A stretch of DNA of 64,000 bases from Myxococcota bacterium (GTDB lineage Bacteria; Myxococcota_A; UBA796; CAJQPC01): NCBI GenBank assembly GCA_036012755.1, contig DASCPX010000198.1:29349-93348 (forward strand), given 5' to 3'. The notes under the pieces are model-generated. The model had not been told where the DNA came from and made no database searches. It worked only from the letters and a program-made list of their open reading frames with translations. Positions 28,193-38,018 of this stretch are shown in pieces. Every line of letters starts with the position of its first letter. The first letter of the stretch is position 1. The position numbers were made by a program, and so were the translations under genes.

Positions 28193-29208
28193 TCGATCCT
28201 CGCCTCGGCGCGGGCCGGGTCCTGAACTCCGCCCTCGACCGCATGCGGCTGAGGCGAGCGCCAAGCCGTCCTCGGCAGATCCACTTCTCGGTCACGGACC
28301 GCTGCTTCCTGCCCTGTCTGCACTGCGACATCTGGAAGAACGAGGCAGTCGATCTGCCGACAGAGGTGTGGCTCGGCGTGCTCGACCGGCTGGCGCAGTG
28401 GGTCGGGCCGGCCAGCGTCAACTTCGTCGGCGGCGAGCCCTTGCTGCGGCGTGACCTCGAGGAGCTCATGGCTCACGCCGTGCGGCTCGGGAACGAGGTC
28501 ACATTCAACACAAACGGCTGGCTGGTCACAGAGAAGCGGGCTGCGGCGATGGCGGCAGCGGGTGTGTCCATCGCCTATGTCTCCATGGACGGCGTCCGCG
28601 AGTCCACCGTCGACCACAGCCGGGGGCGAAAGAAGTCGTGGCGCTACTGCATGAAGGCCTTCGATCTCCTCGACGCGGCGCGGGGACCGCGTGTGGTCGT
28701 GACCTGCATCCTGAACAAGACCAACGCAGAGGAGATCGGCGAGCTCCTCGAGTTCGTGCGGGATCGCGGCTACCAACTCGTCGTGCAGCCTCTGTACCAG
28801 AACTTCGGCTACGTCAAGTACGATCCCAACTGGTGGAGATCGAGCGAGCTGTGGCCCTCTGACATGGGCCCGATCGACGCGGCGGTGGACCTGTTGATCG
28901 AGGAGCGCAGGCGAGGGGGCCCTGTCTGCAACTCGGTGGGCCAGCTGGCGGCGATGAAGTCCTACTTCCGGGACCCGGTGACCTTCAACGGCCTGACCTG
29001 CAAAGCCGGGCACTCCGACCTGTCCTTCGATCCCCAGGGCAACATCCGTCTGTGCTACTTCCTCGAGCCCGTCGCGACGGTGTACGACATGGCGCCCCTG
29101 GCGGCGATCTGGGACTCGCCGAGGACGCTCCGGAGGAGGCACGAAGTCAGCAGGTGTGAGAGGAGCTGCAACTTGCTGAACTGCAACTTCGACCGAGACG
29201 ACTTGTAG
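28189..29208 (+). CDS. Radical SAM/SPASM (twitch) protein
   Basis: TDRCFLPCLHC, GGEPLLR, NTNG, SMDG. C-terminal CKAG...GNIRLC...CERSC...NC. GTG overlaps the upstream stop. Confidence 0.92.
   Translation: MIDPRLGAGRVLNSALDRMRLRRAPSRPRQIHFSVTDRCFLPCLHCDIWKNEAVDLPTEVWLGVLDRLAQWVGPASVNFVGGEPLLRRDLEELMAHAVRLGNEVTFNTNGWLVTEKRAAAMAAAGVSIAYVSMDGVRESTVDHSRGRKKSWRYCMKAFDLLDAARGPRVVVTCILNKTNAEEIGELLEFVRDRGYQLVVQPLYQNFGYVKYDPNWWRSSELWPSDMGPIDAAVDLLIEERRRGGPVCNSVGQLAAMKSYFRDPVTFNGLTCKAGHSDLSFDPQGNIRLCYFLEPVATVYDMAPLAAIWDSPRTLRRRHEVSRCERSCNLLNCNFDRDDL
29182..29195 (+). repeat. 14-bp direct repeat copy 1 (tgcaacttcgaccg)
   Basis: Identical to 30353-30366. Lies in the last codons of the radical SAM gene. 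Confidence 0.8.
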
Positions 29209-29222
29209 CTACGCGATTCCAG

Positions 29223-29716
29223 TCACTCGAAGCAGTCGGTCTCGACGTCCGACTCGTAGACCACCAGGTCCGCCCAACAGGTGTCTGCGGAGACAGTGGT
29301 GGCCGTGCCGTCGGAGTACAGGACGACGTTCGTACCGGAGACCCACGCCGCGTCGCTGATGACCAGGGCGTTGGCCTTCGCCGCGCCATCGACCTTGAAG
29401 TCCACGGTCAGGGCGCTGTGGTCGACCTCGAAGACCAGGCTCACCCATTGGCCGGCGGTGATGATGTTCTTGGAGCAGCTCGCGATGGTGGTCGAGGAGC
29501 TGTGGGTATCGCCCCCGGTCATCCACGAGTTGCTCGTGTCCGTGCCGAACCACAGAGCGTCATAGACGTCTCTCGTGCCGTAGCGCTCGCCGTAGGCGTA
29601 GACGTCGAAGGACCGGTCCGCGCTGCTCCCCGGCCACCAGACATCGACCTCGATGCGCTCGTAGTCCTTGGAGCCGTGCGTGACCGGGATGTACGAGTAG
29701 TTCCAGTCGCTGCTCT
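29223..29716 (-). pseudogene. C-terminal fragment of an extracellular lectin/ConA-like domain protein
   Basis: SSDWNYSY...GQWVSLVFEVD...FKVDG...CWADLVVYE. No own start; abuts the Fic fragment out of frame. Confidence 0.55.
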
Positions 29717-29938
29717 GAGCGCCTCGATGCGGTGCCGGGGCGCGGTGATGCCCTCGATCCGGTTGCTGGACTCGGTGGACTCGATGACCGCGGCCTGGCG
29801 CAGCGACTCCAGGCGCTCGGGCTGCTGGTGTACGAACAGCTCCTGCCGCCCGCGGGCCTCGCCGAGCGCGCTGAGCGCCGCGACCTGGTCGGTCGTGAAG
29901 CTCAGGCTGGCGAGGAAGGCCGGGTTGAAGCTGTGCGT
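29717..29938 (-). pseudogene. Fic-family protein N-terminal fragment
   Basis: Manual translation (ACG)HSFNPAFLASLSFTTDQVAALSALGEARGRQELFVHQQPERLESLRQAAVIESTESSNRIEGI. The S..SN.IEG motif is typical of Fic N-termini. Start appears mutated ATG>ACG and the gene is truncated. Confidence 0.72.
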
Positions 29939-30138
29939 GGCGGGCCAATCGGAGGCGGGGGCCCGGCGAGCCTAGTCGCGTAGGGACGCCACGTAAGGAG
30001 GTAATGAGGCGGTCTCCTTACCTCGTTTATGGTCCGGACTACGCATTCCGCCACCAACCCCTCCGCCAGCGCCAGAACCTCCTGCAACTCGCCGCCGCGG
30101 AACACGCCCCCGGATGCCTCGTTGGTGGGCCATCGTGA

Positions 30139-30324
30139 GCCCAGCTGGGCGAGCACCCCGGCACGGGAGCCACGCGGTGGGCACACGAACTGGGTCTGCC
30201 TGGGCTTCGGAGCTGGAGCCTGCGCCGTCACCCCTACGTCGTCTTCTACCTTGAGCGGGAAGACCACCTGGATGTCTGGCGCGTGCTTCACGGGCGGCGG
30301 GACATTCCGCCCAGGCTCTCCTGA
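30139..30324 (+). pseudogene. RelE/ParE-family toxin C-terminal half
   Basis: Manual translation AQLGEHPGTGATRWAHELGLPGLRSWSLRRHPYVVFYLEREDHLDVWRVLHGRRDIP. In-frame stop immediately upstream. Confidence 0.8.
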
Positions 30325-30352
30325 GCCCCGGCGTAGGACCAACCCTGCAGAA

Positions 30353-30366
30353 TGCAACTTCGACCG
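30353..30366 (+). repeat. 14-bp direct repeat copy 2
   Basis: Identical to 29182-29195. Both copies read CNFDRD. Confidence 0.8.
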
Positions 30367-30371
30367 GGATT

Positions 30372-30998
30372 CTAGATCCGGACTGTGTAGGGGAAGCGCC
30401 TGTGGACCTTGACGTACCCGTGGCCCAAGTGCCAGAGATCGTTCAATGGATCGGCGCTGACTCCGAAGCCGCCGAGCTCCTGGGGGATGTGGACGCGGGA
30501 CTCCCAGCCCAGGCTGAAGAGCCAGGTGCTGTCTGTGTCGAGTGCTTGCTCGAACTCGACTCTGGCGCTCAGGCCAGGTCGTAGGAAGAGGGTCGGCGCC
30601 AGCGCTGGACCGTGGAGGTACATGGCCGTGGCGATCACGCCCGCGTCGACATCTATGGGGCCGAGCGGGACGCCCATGCCGATGAAGCGCCAGCCCAGAC
30701 CGTAGAGCCCTGCTCCTTGGACGGGCGGGGACAGGTAGATCACATCCGGGATCCAGATCTTTGGGGTGATCCGGACCTCGTCCATGTCCTTGAGCATCGA
30801 GCGGTATTCCCTAGGGATCCGCTTCTTGTTCTGCTGGAGCGTCTCCTTGTCGATCACCGCCTGGAGCGAGAACAGCAGCGCGCCGTACACGGGCTGTTGA
30901 GCGAAGGCCTCGCCGTTGGGGACGACCGCGCAGGGGCCGACGCCGACGTCGACGGGGACCGTGACCTTGGCCGCGAAGGCCGACGCGAGGAGCCACAT
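30372..30998 (-). CDS. Hypothetical exported protein
   Basis: Start MWLLASAFA, beta-strand-like alternating pattern. Confidence 0.65.
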   Translation of the reverse strand: MWLLASAFAAKVTVPVDVGVGPCAVVPNGEAFAQQPVYGALLFSLQAVIDKETLQQNKKRIPREYRSMLKDMDEVRITPKIWIPDVIYLSPPVQGAGLYGLGWRFIGMGVPLGPIDVDAGVIATAMYLHGPALAPTLFLRPGLSARVEFEQALDTDSTWLFSLGWESRVHIPQELGGFGVSADPLNDLWHLGHGYVKVHRRFPYTVRI

Positions 30999-31122
30999 GC
31001 CCCACACTACCCGGCGCCCATCGGGATCGTCGTGTCGATCATCGCCGTCGGACTGACCTTCCGCGCCGGGGCAAAGACCTGGTTCGCGGGCTGAATCCTC
31101 TGCTCTCTTCCGGGACGCAGCT

Positions 31123-32094
31123 TCATGCTCGCTCTGACTCGGTGAATCGAGCGACGAACTCACGTAGCTCAGCCGCCAGGTCGTCGGGTGTGATTCGCTC
31201 GCCCCAGAACATCGGGTCGATCGCGTCCAGACTGGCGCGCACCTCGGCCCAGCGCGGGCCGTCGTCAGGGTTCAGCGAGGGGTCCACGGGACCAGGCAGG
31301 AGCTTCTTCTCAGGTGTCTCCTTCATGTGTCGGACGAGCTCCGCCAACGAGCCCTCGAGCGCGGGCAGCTCGGACTGGCGGCGCACGATCCAGGCGCAGT
31401 CCTCGTAGTGACGGGCGAAGGTCGCGGCGGAGAGGTCGGCCCGGGCGAACTTCTTGCGGATCGCGTCGAGCTTCTCTACGCAGGTCACGAGCGGGTGGAT
31501 GCAGTGAACCTGCCTGGGGCGGTTGTCCTGGTACTCCCGAGACAGATCGAGGTGATCGAGGTGGTCGTGCACCCACGAGGAGATGTCGACATGAGAGCCT
31601 GGCTCGACCCGGGCCCAGCCGATCTCCAGCTTCACGTCCCGGACCATTGAGTCAGGCAGCCCCTCCACGTGACGGCCAGGGTAGGCCACACGGATCTCAG
31701 CACCTCGGACCCACTCGTCGTCGACCAGTCCGCGAGTGACCTCGCAGTCCGCGATTGCGTCTGCCAGCCGAGTGGTGACGGCGCCAAACCACGCGTCCCG
31801 CGCTGGCGGACCTTGTTTCCTGTTGTGGATGGAGAAGGCCGGCTCGGTGAGCCCGCTGGCCCCTTCGCCCAGCCGAGCGTCGATGTCCTCTGAGAAGCGG
31901 TGGATGAGTCCGAAGCCCTTGGAGAGGGAGGTTCCGCCCTTGAACCAGATGTCGAATCCAGCCTGCTGGATGGACCAGAGCGTGTGGACCACCCAGTAGT
32001 CCTTCTCGACCATGGCAACGCCAATCTCCGGGTGCTTCGCGGCGACGATGGAGAGCAGCTGGCCCCACTCGGGGTCGTTGTGGACGAAGCTCAT
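31123..32094 (-). CDS. abiEii: AbiEii/AbiGii nucleotidyltransferase toxin (type IV TA)
   Basis: VEKDYWV, FKGGTSLSKGFGLIHRFSEDID, EK, RHYED. Confidence 0.92.
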   Translation of the reverse strand: MSFVHNDPEWGQLLSIVAAKHPEIGVAMVEKDYWVVHTLWSIQQAGFDIWFKGGTSLSKGFGLIHRFSEDIDARLGEGASGLTEPAFSIHNRKQGPPARDAWFGAVTTRLADAIADCEVTRGLVDDEWVRGAEIRVAYPGRHVEGLPDSMVRDVKLEIGWARVEPGSHVDISSWVHDHLDHLDLSREYQDNRPRQVHCIHPLVTCVEKLDAIRKKFARADLSAATFARHYEDCAWIVRRQSELPALEGSLAELVRHMKETPEKKLLPGPVDPSLNPDDGPRWAEVRASLDAIDPMFWGERITPDDLAAELREFVARFTESERA

Positions 32095-32648
32095 CGAAGC
32101 GCTCCCCGGACCACGGCCTGTTCGGACCTCCTCCCGTACGCGCGCGCTGCCTCCCAAAGCGCTGCAGGGTCCAGTGCTCCGGCCTGCACTCGGCTGCGCA
32201 GCCGCGCGGTCACCACCTGTCGGTCGCCTCCCACGGAGTCGAGATTCCTGAGCAGATCGACGACGTACCACTCGGGCGTCGGGTCCGTTGGGAACGTGAC
32301 TCGCCGAAACCGGAAGCGCCGCCTTCCCAGCAGGTACTCGCCACTGACCTTGGTGTTGTAGACGAGCGGCAGCGCATGCATCGCAGTCGTGCCGAGCTGC
32401 AGCGCGTTCCAACGCTCCGGTCCTGTCACGACATGGGGCCCGCCGCCCAGGAAGGCGTCGAGCAAGGCGTCGTCGCTGGGCGGGACCTCACCGAACCTCG
32501 AGCGTCGTGGGCAGTAGTAGAGCCCGTGCCGCAGTCGCTGCAGCTGCCCTTGTTCTACGAGTCGACCCACCAGGCGGGCGGGGTTGCTGTCCCACCGGGC
32601 GAAGTGCTGAGTCCGGTAGCACGCCCCGGGCTCGAGGGTCGGCCTCAT
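32091..32648 (-). CDS. abiEi: AbiEi-like antitoxin/transcriptional regulator
   Basis: RLVEQGQLQRLRHGLYYCP...FG.VPP, NALQLGTT, VYN. ATGA overlap with the toxin gene. Confidence 0.8.
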   Translation of the reverse strand: MRPTLEPGACYRTQHFARWDSNPARLVGRLVEQGQLQRLRHGLYYCPRRSRFGEVPPSDDALLDAFLGGGPHVVTGPERWNALQLGTTAMHALPLVYNTKVSGEYLLGRRRFRFRRVTFPTDPTPEWYVVDLLRNLDSVGGDRQVVTARLRSRVQAGALDPAALWEAARAYGRRSEQAVVRGALR

Positions 32649-32743
32649 GGTAGGAAATCTCCGCAGAATAGCTACATGATAGACGCAGTCCCGCGGCCTG
32701 GCAACCCGCCCGTGCCGGTGCTGGCTCTGGCGGTCCGACGGTC

Positions 32744-34630
32744 TCAGCGACCCAGCGTCGCCCAGGGTCCCGAGCATGACCTCCCAGGCGTCAGGCGGGC
32801 GCCCGACACCAGGTCGAGGGCCTCGACCGCGGCGGTGCTGGACTCCCGCGGCAGGTGGACGGTGCCCCAGCCCTCGATGGCGATGACGCGCTCCTGCTCT
32901 CGGTCCTCCATGTGCGCATCGGCGCGTCGCTCTGGCAGCAGCCGAGCCAGGTGGCGGAGCGCGAAGAGCGCGGGGCGCGGGTTGCAGCGCCGATCCAGCA
33001 GGCCGTTTCGCGGGTAGTAGCCCCGGTCGTGGTCGACCAGGGTGTCGAGGAACACGGCCAGGTGCGGATGGGCCCAGGCCGAGATCGCGGCCTCGGCCAC
33101 CCGCAGGGCGACGGCTCGGTCGTCGGTGAAGGCCACGCCCTCGCCGGCGCGGGGGAGTTGGAGCCGGACCACCCCGGGCCTGGCCTCCGCCAGCGCCTCC
33201 CACGGCCTGCGATCCGGCGGTACCCGCAGGACGGGCTCGCTCCTGCCGAGCTCTGGGATGCCCTCGCCGACGAGGAAGCCGTGCTCCGGGAAGTGACTGA
33301 AGTACTGGCCGTCCCGTGCCCTCTCTCCGCCCACCCGCGAGACCCACGTGGGCACGTCCAGCCCGAAGGCGTCGATGGCAGCCACCGCAGCCGCGAGCCG
33401 AGGCCGGGGCACGATGACCTCCCATCCCCACGCAAGATCCGGGCGACCGCCGACGAGCACAGCGGTCGCAGCATCCGGCACGCCCGTCGAGAACACCAGG
33501 AAGCGCGCTCCCCGCGCCGCCAGGGCCTCCATGCGCGCCAGGCGCCGCGGGTGGGCCAGGTCCCCGGCGGGCACCCGCAGCCGCGTGATGCCGGCGTCCC
33601 AGAGGCCGTGGACGAGTCCGTCCTGGCGGGCCTCCTTGCGGTGGAACTCGTCCAGGTTGCCGAAGGGCACCTCCCTCGGCAGCGACCAGTCGTGGCGAAG
33701 GGATGCCCCCAGCGGTCCGGGCGGCGTCGCCCCCAGGCCTGGGAGCAGCGCCGGGTGGCGGTCCTCCAGCGGAGCCAGGTGGGGATCCTCGGTCCGGACG
33801 AGCTCGAGCTCGTAGCCCTCGGACTTCACGTGAATCAGCGCGAAGCCCAGCTTCGCCGGGTCGTCTCGGCCGTACTCGCCGCCTGGGCCGACATCGGCCA
33901 GCTCGGCGTACTCGGGCCTCACGAAGGCGCTCGAGGGCAAGACGTGCAGGTCCACGTCACCGAGCCGATCGAAGAAGACGTTGTGTACGTGGCCGGCGAA
34001 GAGCGCCTCGACCCCGTGGGCCTCCAGGAGTCCCAGGAGCCGACTCCGCCCGGGCTCCGCGAGGTTGTCGTAGTGCTCCGGCTCGCGGGGCTCGCAGAGG
34101 TAGGGCGGGTAGTGCACGAAGACGAAGCAGCGCTTGGTGCCCGCTGTCTCCAGGTCCGCCTCGAGCCAGGCCCACTGCTCTTCCTCGCGCTGTGAGCCGG
34201 TGTTGAGGATGGGGGTGTCGAGCCAGACGAAGTGCACGCCGTGGAGGTCGAAGGAGCCCCAGGGCGCGCCCCACGCGGCGGTGAACACCCGGTGCTCGTC
34301 CTCGCCGACCCCTGGGGCGTTCGCCCAGGGCCGCGGCTTGTCTCCGACGTCGTGGTTTCCCGGGACCACGGTCAGACCGAGCTCACCGAAGGCCGCGTAG
34401 GTCTCCTTCGCGATGTCCAGGGCGACCCCGTGCGCTGCCAGCCCTGGCACCGGGTGGGGCACGTCTCCGAGGTGCACGATGTGGGCCGGACGGGCAGCTA
34501 CTACCTGGGCAACCGCCCGCCGGTTCCGGTCGTTGTGGCCGGCGTCAGAGGGGTGCGATGACTGCGGATCGTCACCGGGGAGCCGGAAGTGACTGTCGGC
34601 GATGACGGCGAAGTGGAAGAGAGAGGTCAC
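32744..34630 (-). CDS. Calcineurin-like metallophosphoesterase with C-terminal domain
   Basis: ADSH, HLGD, PGNHD, HYP, AGHVH. Confidence 0.88.
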   Translation of the reverse strand: MTSLFHFAVIADSHFRLPGDDPQSSHPSDAGHNDRNRRAVAQVVAARPAHIVHLGDVPHPVPGLAAHGVALDIAKETYAAFGELGLTVVPGNHDVGDKPRPWANAPGVGEDEHRVFTAAWGAPWGSFDLHGVHFVWLDTPILNTGSQREEEQWAWLEADLETAGTKRCFVFVHYPPYLCEPREPEHYDNLAEPGRSRLLGLLEAHGVEALFAGHVHNVFFDRLGDVDLHVLPSSAFVRPEYAELADVGPGGEYGRDDPAKLGFALIHVKSEGYELELVRTEDPHLAPLEDRHPALLPGLGATPPGPLGASLRHDWSLPREVPFGNLDEFHRKEARQDGLVHGLWDAGITRLRVPAGDLAHPRRLARMEALAARGARFLVFSTGVPDAATAVLVGGRPDLAWGWEVIVPRPRLAAAVAAIDAFGLDVPTWVSRVGGERARDGQYFSHFPEHGFLVGEGIPELGRSEPVLRVPPDRRPWEALAEARPGVVRLQLPRAGEGVAFTDDRAVALRVAEAAISAWAHPHLAVFLDTLVDHDRGYYPRNGLLDRRCNPRPALFALRHLARLLPERRADAHMEDREQERVIAIEGWGTVHLPRESSTAAVEALDLVSGARLTPGRSCSGPWATLGR

Positions 34631-34729
34631 AGGCTGCTCGGCCTAACCCCTTCGATCACGAGCGTGACCGCAGCCCGCTCGAAGGAGGGAAGAGCCGCGC
34701 AGCGGGGTTGGTATCTTGTGCTCGTGCTC

Positions 34730-35424
34730 ATGCTCCTGCTTGCTTCCTGCGGCTCCAAGCCGGGCTGCCCCGATCTGCCCTTCACTGGCGCCGACTGTGT
34801 GGAGGCGGACGGCCAGTGCTTCTGCCCGATGGAGGAGGGGAGGCTTCTGCCCGATGGAGGAGGGGAGCTGCGAGGCTCCCCCCGCGGGAGCCCTGATGGT
34901 GGCCTCGATGCTCTACGAAGATCGGCCCGATGAGCGCGTCATCGCCTCCTGGCCCGATGTCGAGACCTGTCCCAGCGAAGCTGAACTCGTTCCGCACGGG
35001 TGTCTGCCCCTTCGACCCCTTCCGTGAGGAGCTGCGAGCCGAGTACGAGGACGTCTTCGGCAGCGTCTCCGGCGACGTGGTCCCCGGGGCTGCTTGCGGG
35101 GACGCCTCAGAGGACATCGACGGGAGCCTCTCCGGGACCTGGTTCCTCGAGGGGGCGCCAGACGACGACCACGCCGAGGCGGTCGTGCTGGTGCTGGACG
35201 TCGACGAACAGCCTCGGCTCGGAGGGGTCGGCGCCAGCTTCGGCGACTTCACGGTGGAGGGTCCGCCCCCGGGCGAGGTCGACGAGGGTTGCTACGACGA
35301 CTCGGAGATCGGCTTCAACTGGTTCTGGCTCGATCCGGATGACGACACCAGGATCCACCGGGCGCAGGGACAGGGGAGCTGTCCAGCCGAGCGCCCCGAC
35401 GATTCCCGGACCTACGTCCGCTGA
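34730..35424 (+). pseudogene. Hypothetical Cys-rich lipoprotein-like gene, broken by a 25-bp duplication and a second frameshift
   Basis: MLLLASC...QCFCPMEEG | SCEAPPAG...AELVPH | GVCPFDPFREELRAEY...TYVR occupy three successive frames. Confidence 0.6.
34818..34867 (+). repeat. Perfect 25-bp tandem duplication gcttctgcccgatggaggaggggag x2
   Basis: Copies at 34818-34842 and 34843-34867. Confidence 0.9.
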
Positions 35425-35556
35425 GTCTCGGGCAAGCACTGGCAGGCTTGGTTTTCAGCCTCACGAGAGACTTCTGTCATCGATGTCCTGTCGGTCGTGC
35501 CGGACTGGGGGGTCCAGCAGACGACGGCCAGTTCAGGCCTGACAGGAGGTAGACCC

Positions 35557-36510
35557 GTGCATTTCATGATCCTAGCCCCGCTGATGGGCCTCGGATGCAA
35601 GTCCGCGCTCACCGGAAACGAAGGCAACTTCCAGTTCTCGTACTGGGCAGATGACTGGTTCAACGACTTCAACAAGCCCGTCGCAGTCGGCGCCTCGCTG
35701 GACCTCGAGGTCCGCGGTGTCGGCAGCAACTCCCCGGTCGATCTGACCGTCGCCGCCTTCGACGATCCGGCTGTGCTCGAGGTGAGCTCCTTCGACGGGA
35801 TGAACATCACGATCACCGGTACTGGCGAAGGCCTCGCGCTGCTCGAGGTCCAGGGTGACCTCGACGGCGAGTCGCTGCCCGACTCGGTGAACATGCAGGC
35901 CAAGGTGCCAGAGGTCCTTCTGCTCGGCCATCTCTGCGACGACGGAGAAGACGCCGCCTACATCGTCGATCGCGACGTGGTCGTGGCCTTCGAGATGCAG
36001 ATGGAGAACACGCAGCCGGTCATCGGCTACGGCTACTACCCGGTCGAGCTGACCGCGACGTCCGCCGCGGTGGACCACGACAGCACGAGCCAGATCTGGA
36101 TCACCGTGAGCACCGGCGACACCGCCGAGAGCGTCACGATGAGCTCCACGATCGACGCCGCCACCCTGAACATGGAGGTCGGCCTCGAAGGAGAGATCGA
36201 CGACATCGAGGATCCCATCGCCTGGGTCATCGAGGACATCGACGTCGGTGACACCAACGCCTTCTTCGTGCGCCCGATGATCGAAGACCTCGTGGTCTGC
36301 CAGGCGGGCGTCGAGATGACGGTGGAGTCCGACACTCCGGAGACCTGCACGGTCGCCGAGACGGACCCGGAGGCCGAGGACGAGGCCGAGGACGGCTGGT
36401 TCGCCGTGACGGGCGTGTCAGAGGGCACCTGCCTCTACACGGTGAGCTACCCCGGCGGCGCTGACGGAGACGGCGTGTCCGTGCAGTTCAGCTACCCGAT
36501 CGAGCCCTGA
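35557..36510 (+). CDS. Acidic lipoprotein with Ig-like domains
   Basis: RBS aggagg, GTG start, ...LMGLGC lipobox, beta-rich D/E/T-rich body. Confidence 0.75.
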   Translation: MHFMILAPLMGLGCKSALTGNEGNFQFSYWADDWFNDFNKPVAVGASLDLEVRGVGSNSPVDLTVAAFDDPAVLEVSSFDGMNITITGTGEGLALLEVQGDLDGESLPDSVNMQAKVPEVLLLGHLCDDGEDAAYIVDRDVVVAFEMQMENTQPVIGYGYYPVELTATSAAVDHDSTSQIWITVSTGDTAESVTMSSTIDAATLNMEVGLEGEIDDIEDPIAWVIEDIDVGDTNAFFVRPMIEDLVVCQAGVEMTVESDTPETCTVAETDPEAEDEAEDGWFAVTGVSEGTCLYTVSYPGGADGDGVSVQFSYPIEP

Positions 36511-36511
36511 C

Positions 36512-37113
36512 TCAGCTGGAGATTGGCGCGTCCTCGAGGGGCCTGCGGTACTGCACGACCGTGTCGTAGCGCAGGCGGAAGAGACCCTCTTGGGCGTGCT
36601 GCTCGAAGAGGCGGTTGGCGGCCGTCATCATGGCCTGGAAGCCGGGCTCGCCGGCGGCGGGTACGTAGCTGCAGGAGCGGATCCGACCGGCCAGGCCCTC
36701 GGCGTCGAGGTCCTGGTAGTGGGGGATGCGCTCCTCGGTCCAGGAGCCCCCGAAGAAGCGTCCGTCCTCGCCCGGTCCGCGTCGAACCAGTGGAAGGACT
36801 GGGCGGCGACGATCGACTCCACGCTGCGGTGCTCCAGCCCTGTGGCCTCGCCGGTTCCGCCAGACAGCGTCAGTCTCGGGCAGGCGCCGAGCCGTCTCTG
36901 GCAAGCCTCTCGCATCGCCGGGTTGGGTTCCACGGCGTAGACATGGTGTCCGCGCTCCAGGAGCTGCTCCGTGAGGATGCCGGTCCCAGCGCCGAGCTCC
37001 GCGATCCGCCGAGGCGGCTCGAGGAGATCCAGGAAGGCCTCCGGGTAGTCGGGCCGGTAGCGCGTGTAGTCCTCGACCCGGTTGGTGAAGCGCTTGGTGC
37101 TGTCAGGTTCCAT
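36512..37113 (-). pseudogene. Class I SAM-dependent methyltransferase with internal out-of-frame deletion
   Basis: RF..RVEDY.RYRPDYP, ELGAGTG, VEPN, AQSFHWFD, then a jump near 36765 to another frame (RFFGG...SCSYVP...RYDT). The R.L.PGG segment is missing. Confidence 0.8.
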
Positions 37114-37945
37114 CGAGCTGTGCTGTGAAGGCTTCCATCGCCGGAGTGATGTGCTTGTTGGCGTGACGTACCACGAAGAGCTCGCGCCAGAGCGGAGGCG
37201 CGTCGATGGCCAGCTCGATCAGCTCGCCCCGGTCGAGCTCGCCGCTGACCAGGCGTGTCGACAAGCAGGCCCGCCCGACCCCCTCTTTCACCAGCGCCTT
37301 GATGGTGTCGACGCTGCCCAGCTCGAGGGTGCGATCCAGCCTGATCCCCGCCTCGTCGAGCCAAGCCTCGGCGTGTCGGCGAGTGGCCGAAGCTGGAGGT
37401 CCCAGGATCCAGAGACCCCCCCCTTTCGCCGTCGGGCTGGCGAAGCAGGCGATCCGGTCACGGGCTACCGGCCGGGCAACCAGCGCGTCCTGCTCCGGCC
37501 GGGCGCCGACGATGGCCAGGTCCAGGTCGTTGTCGAGCAGGCTCGCGCAGATGGTGGAGGTCGGTCCGATCTCCAGGTGGAGCTCGAGCTCGGGGTGGAC
37601 CTCGCGCATCCGTCCGAGCGCCCGCGGAACCACCGTGCCTGCCGGGGTGGAGCTGGCCCCGACCCGGAGCCTCCCCCAGGTGCTCTCCTGGTACTGCCCC
37701 AGCCGCTCGGCGAGTCGATCGGCGTCGCCAACGAGGCGCCGGGCCTCTGGCTCGAACAGGCTCCCGGCGTCGGTCAAGAACAGCTTCTTTCCGATCTGCT
37801 CCAGCAAGACCACGCCCAGGTCGGACTCCAGCTGACGCACCTGTCGCGAGACCGCTGGCTGGGAGCGAAAGACCTGCTTCGCCGCGGCGGTGAAGCTGCC
37901 ACGGTCACAGACCGCGAGGAAGGTCCGGACGTGTTGCAGGTTCAT
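37103..37945 (-). CDS. LysR-family transcriptional regulator
   Basis: MNLQHVRTF...GSFTAAAK...SQPAVSRQVRQLE, LRVGAS, LELGSVDTIKALV. Confidence 0.93.
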   Translation of the reverse strand: MNLQHVRTFLAVCDRGSFTAAAKQVFRSQPAVSRQVRQLESDLGVVLLEQIGKKLFLTDAGSLFEPEARRLVGDADRLAERLGQYQESTWGRLRVGASSTPAGTVVPRALGRMREVHPELELHLEIGPTSTICASLLDNDLDLAIVGARPEQDALVARPVARDRIACFASPTAKGGGLWILGPPASATRRHAEAWLDEAGIRLDRTLELGSVDTIKALVKEGVGRACLSTRLVSGELDRGELIELAIDAPPLWRELFVVRHANKHITPAMEAFTAQLDGT

Positions 37946-37957
37946 CCAACGAATCTC

Positions 37958-37972
37958 GCATGGTACGCATGC
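37958..37972. promoter_or_regulatory. Candidate LysR-binding inverted repeat GCATG-N5-CATGC
   Basis: Dyad in the 73-bp AT-richer divergent intergenic region, overlapping a T-N11-A. Confidence 0.45.
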
Positions 37973-38018
37973 ATACTATTCGCTTTTCGTTGTCATCCGG
38001 GTTCTTCATCATCCGGAG

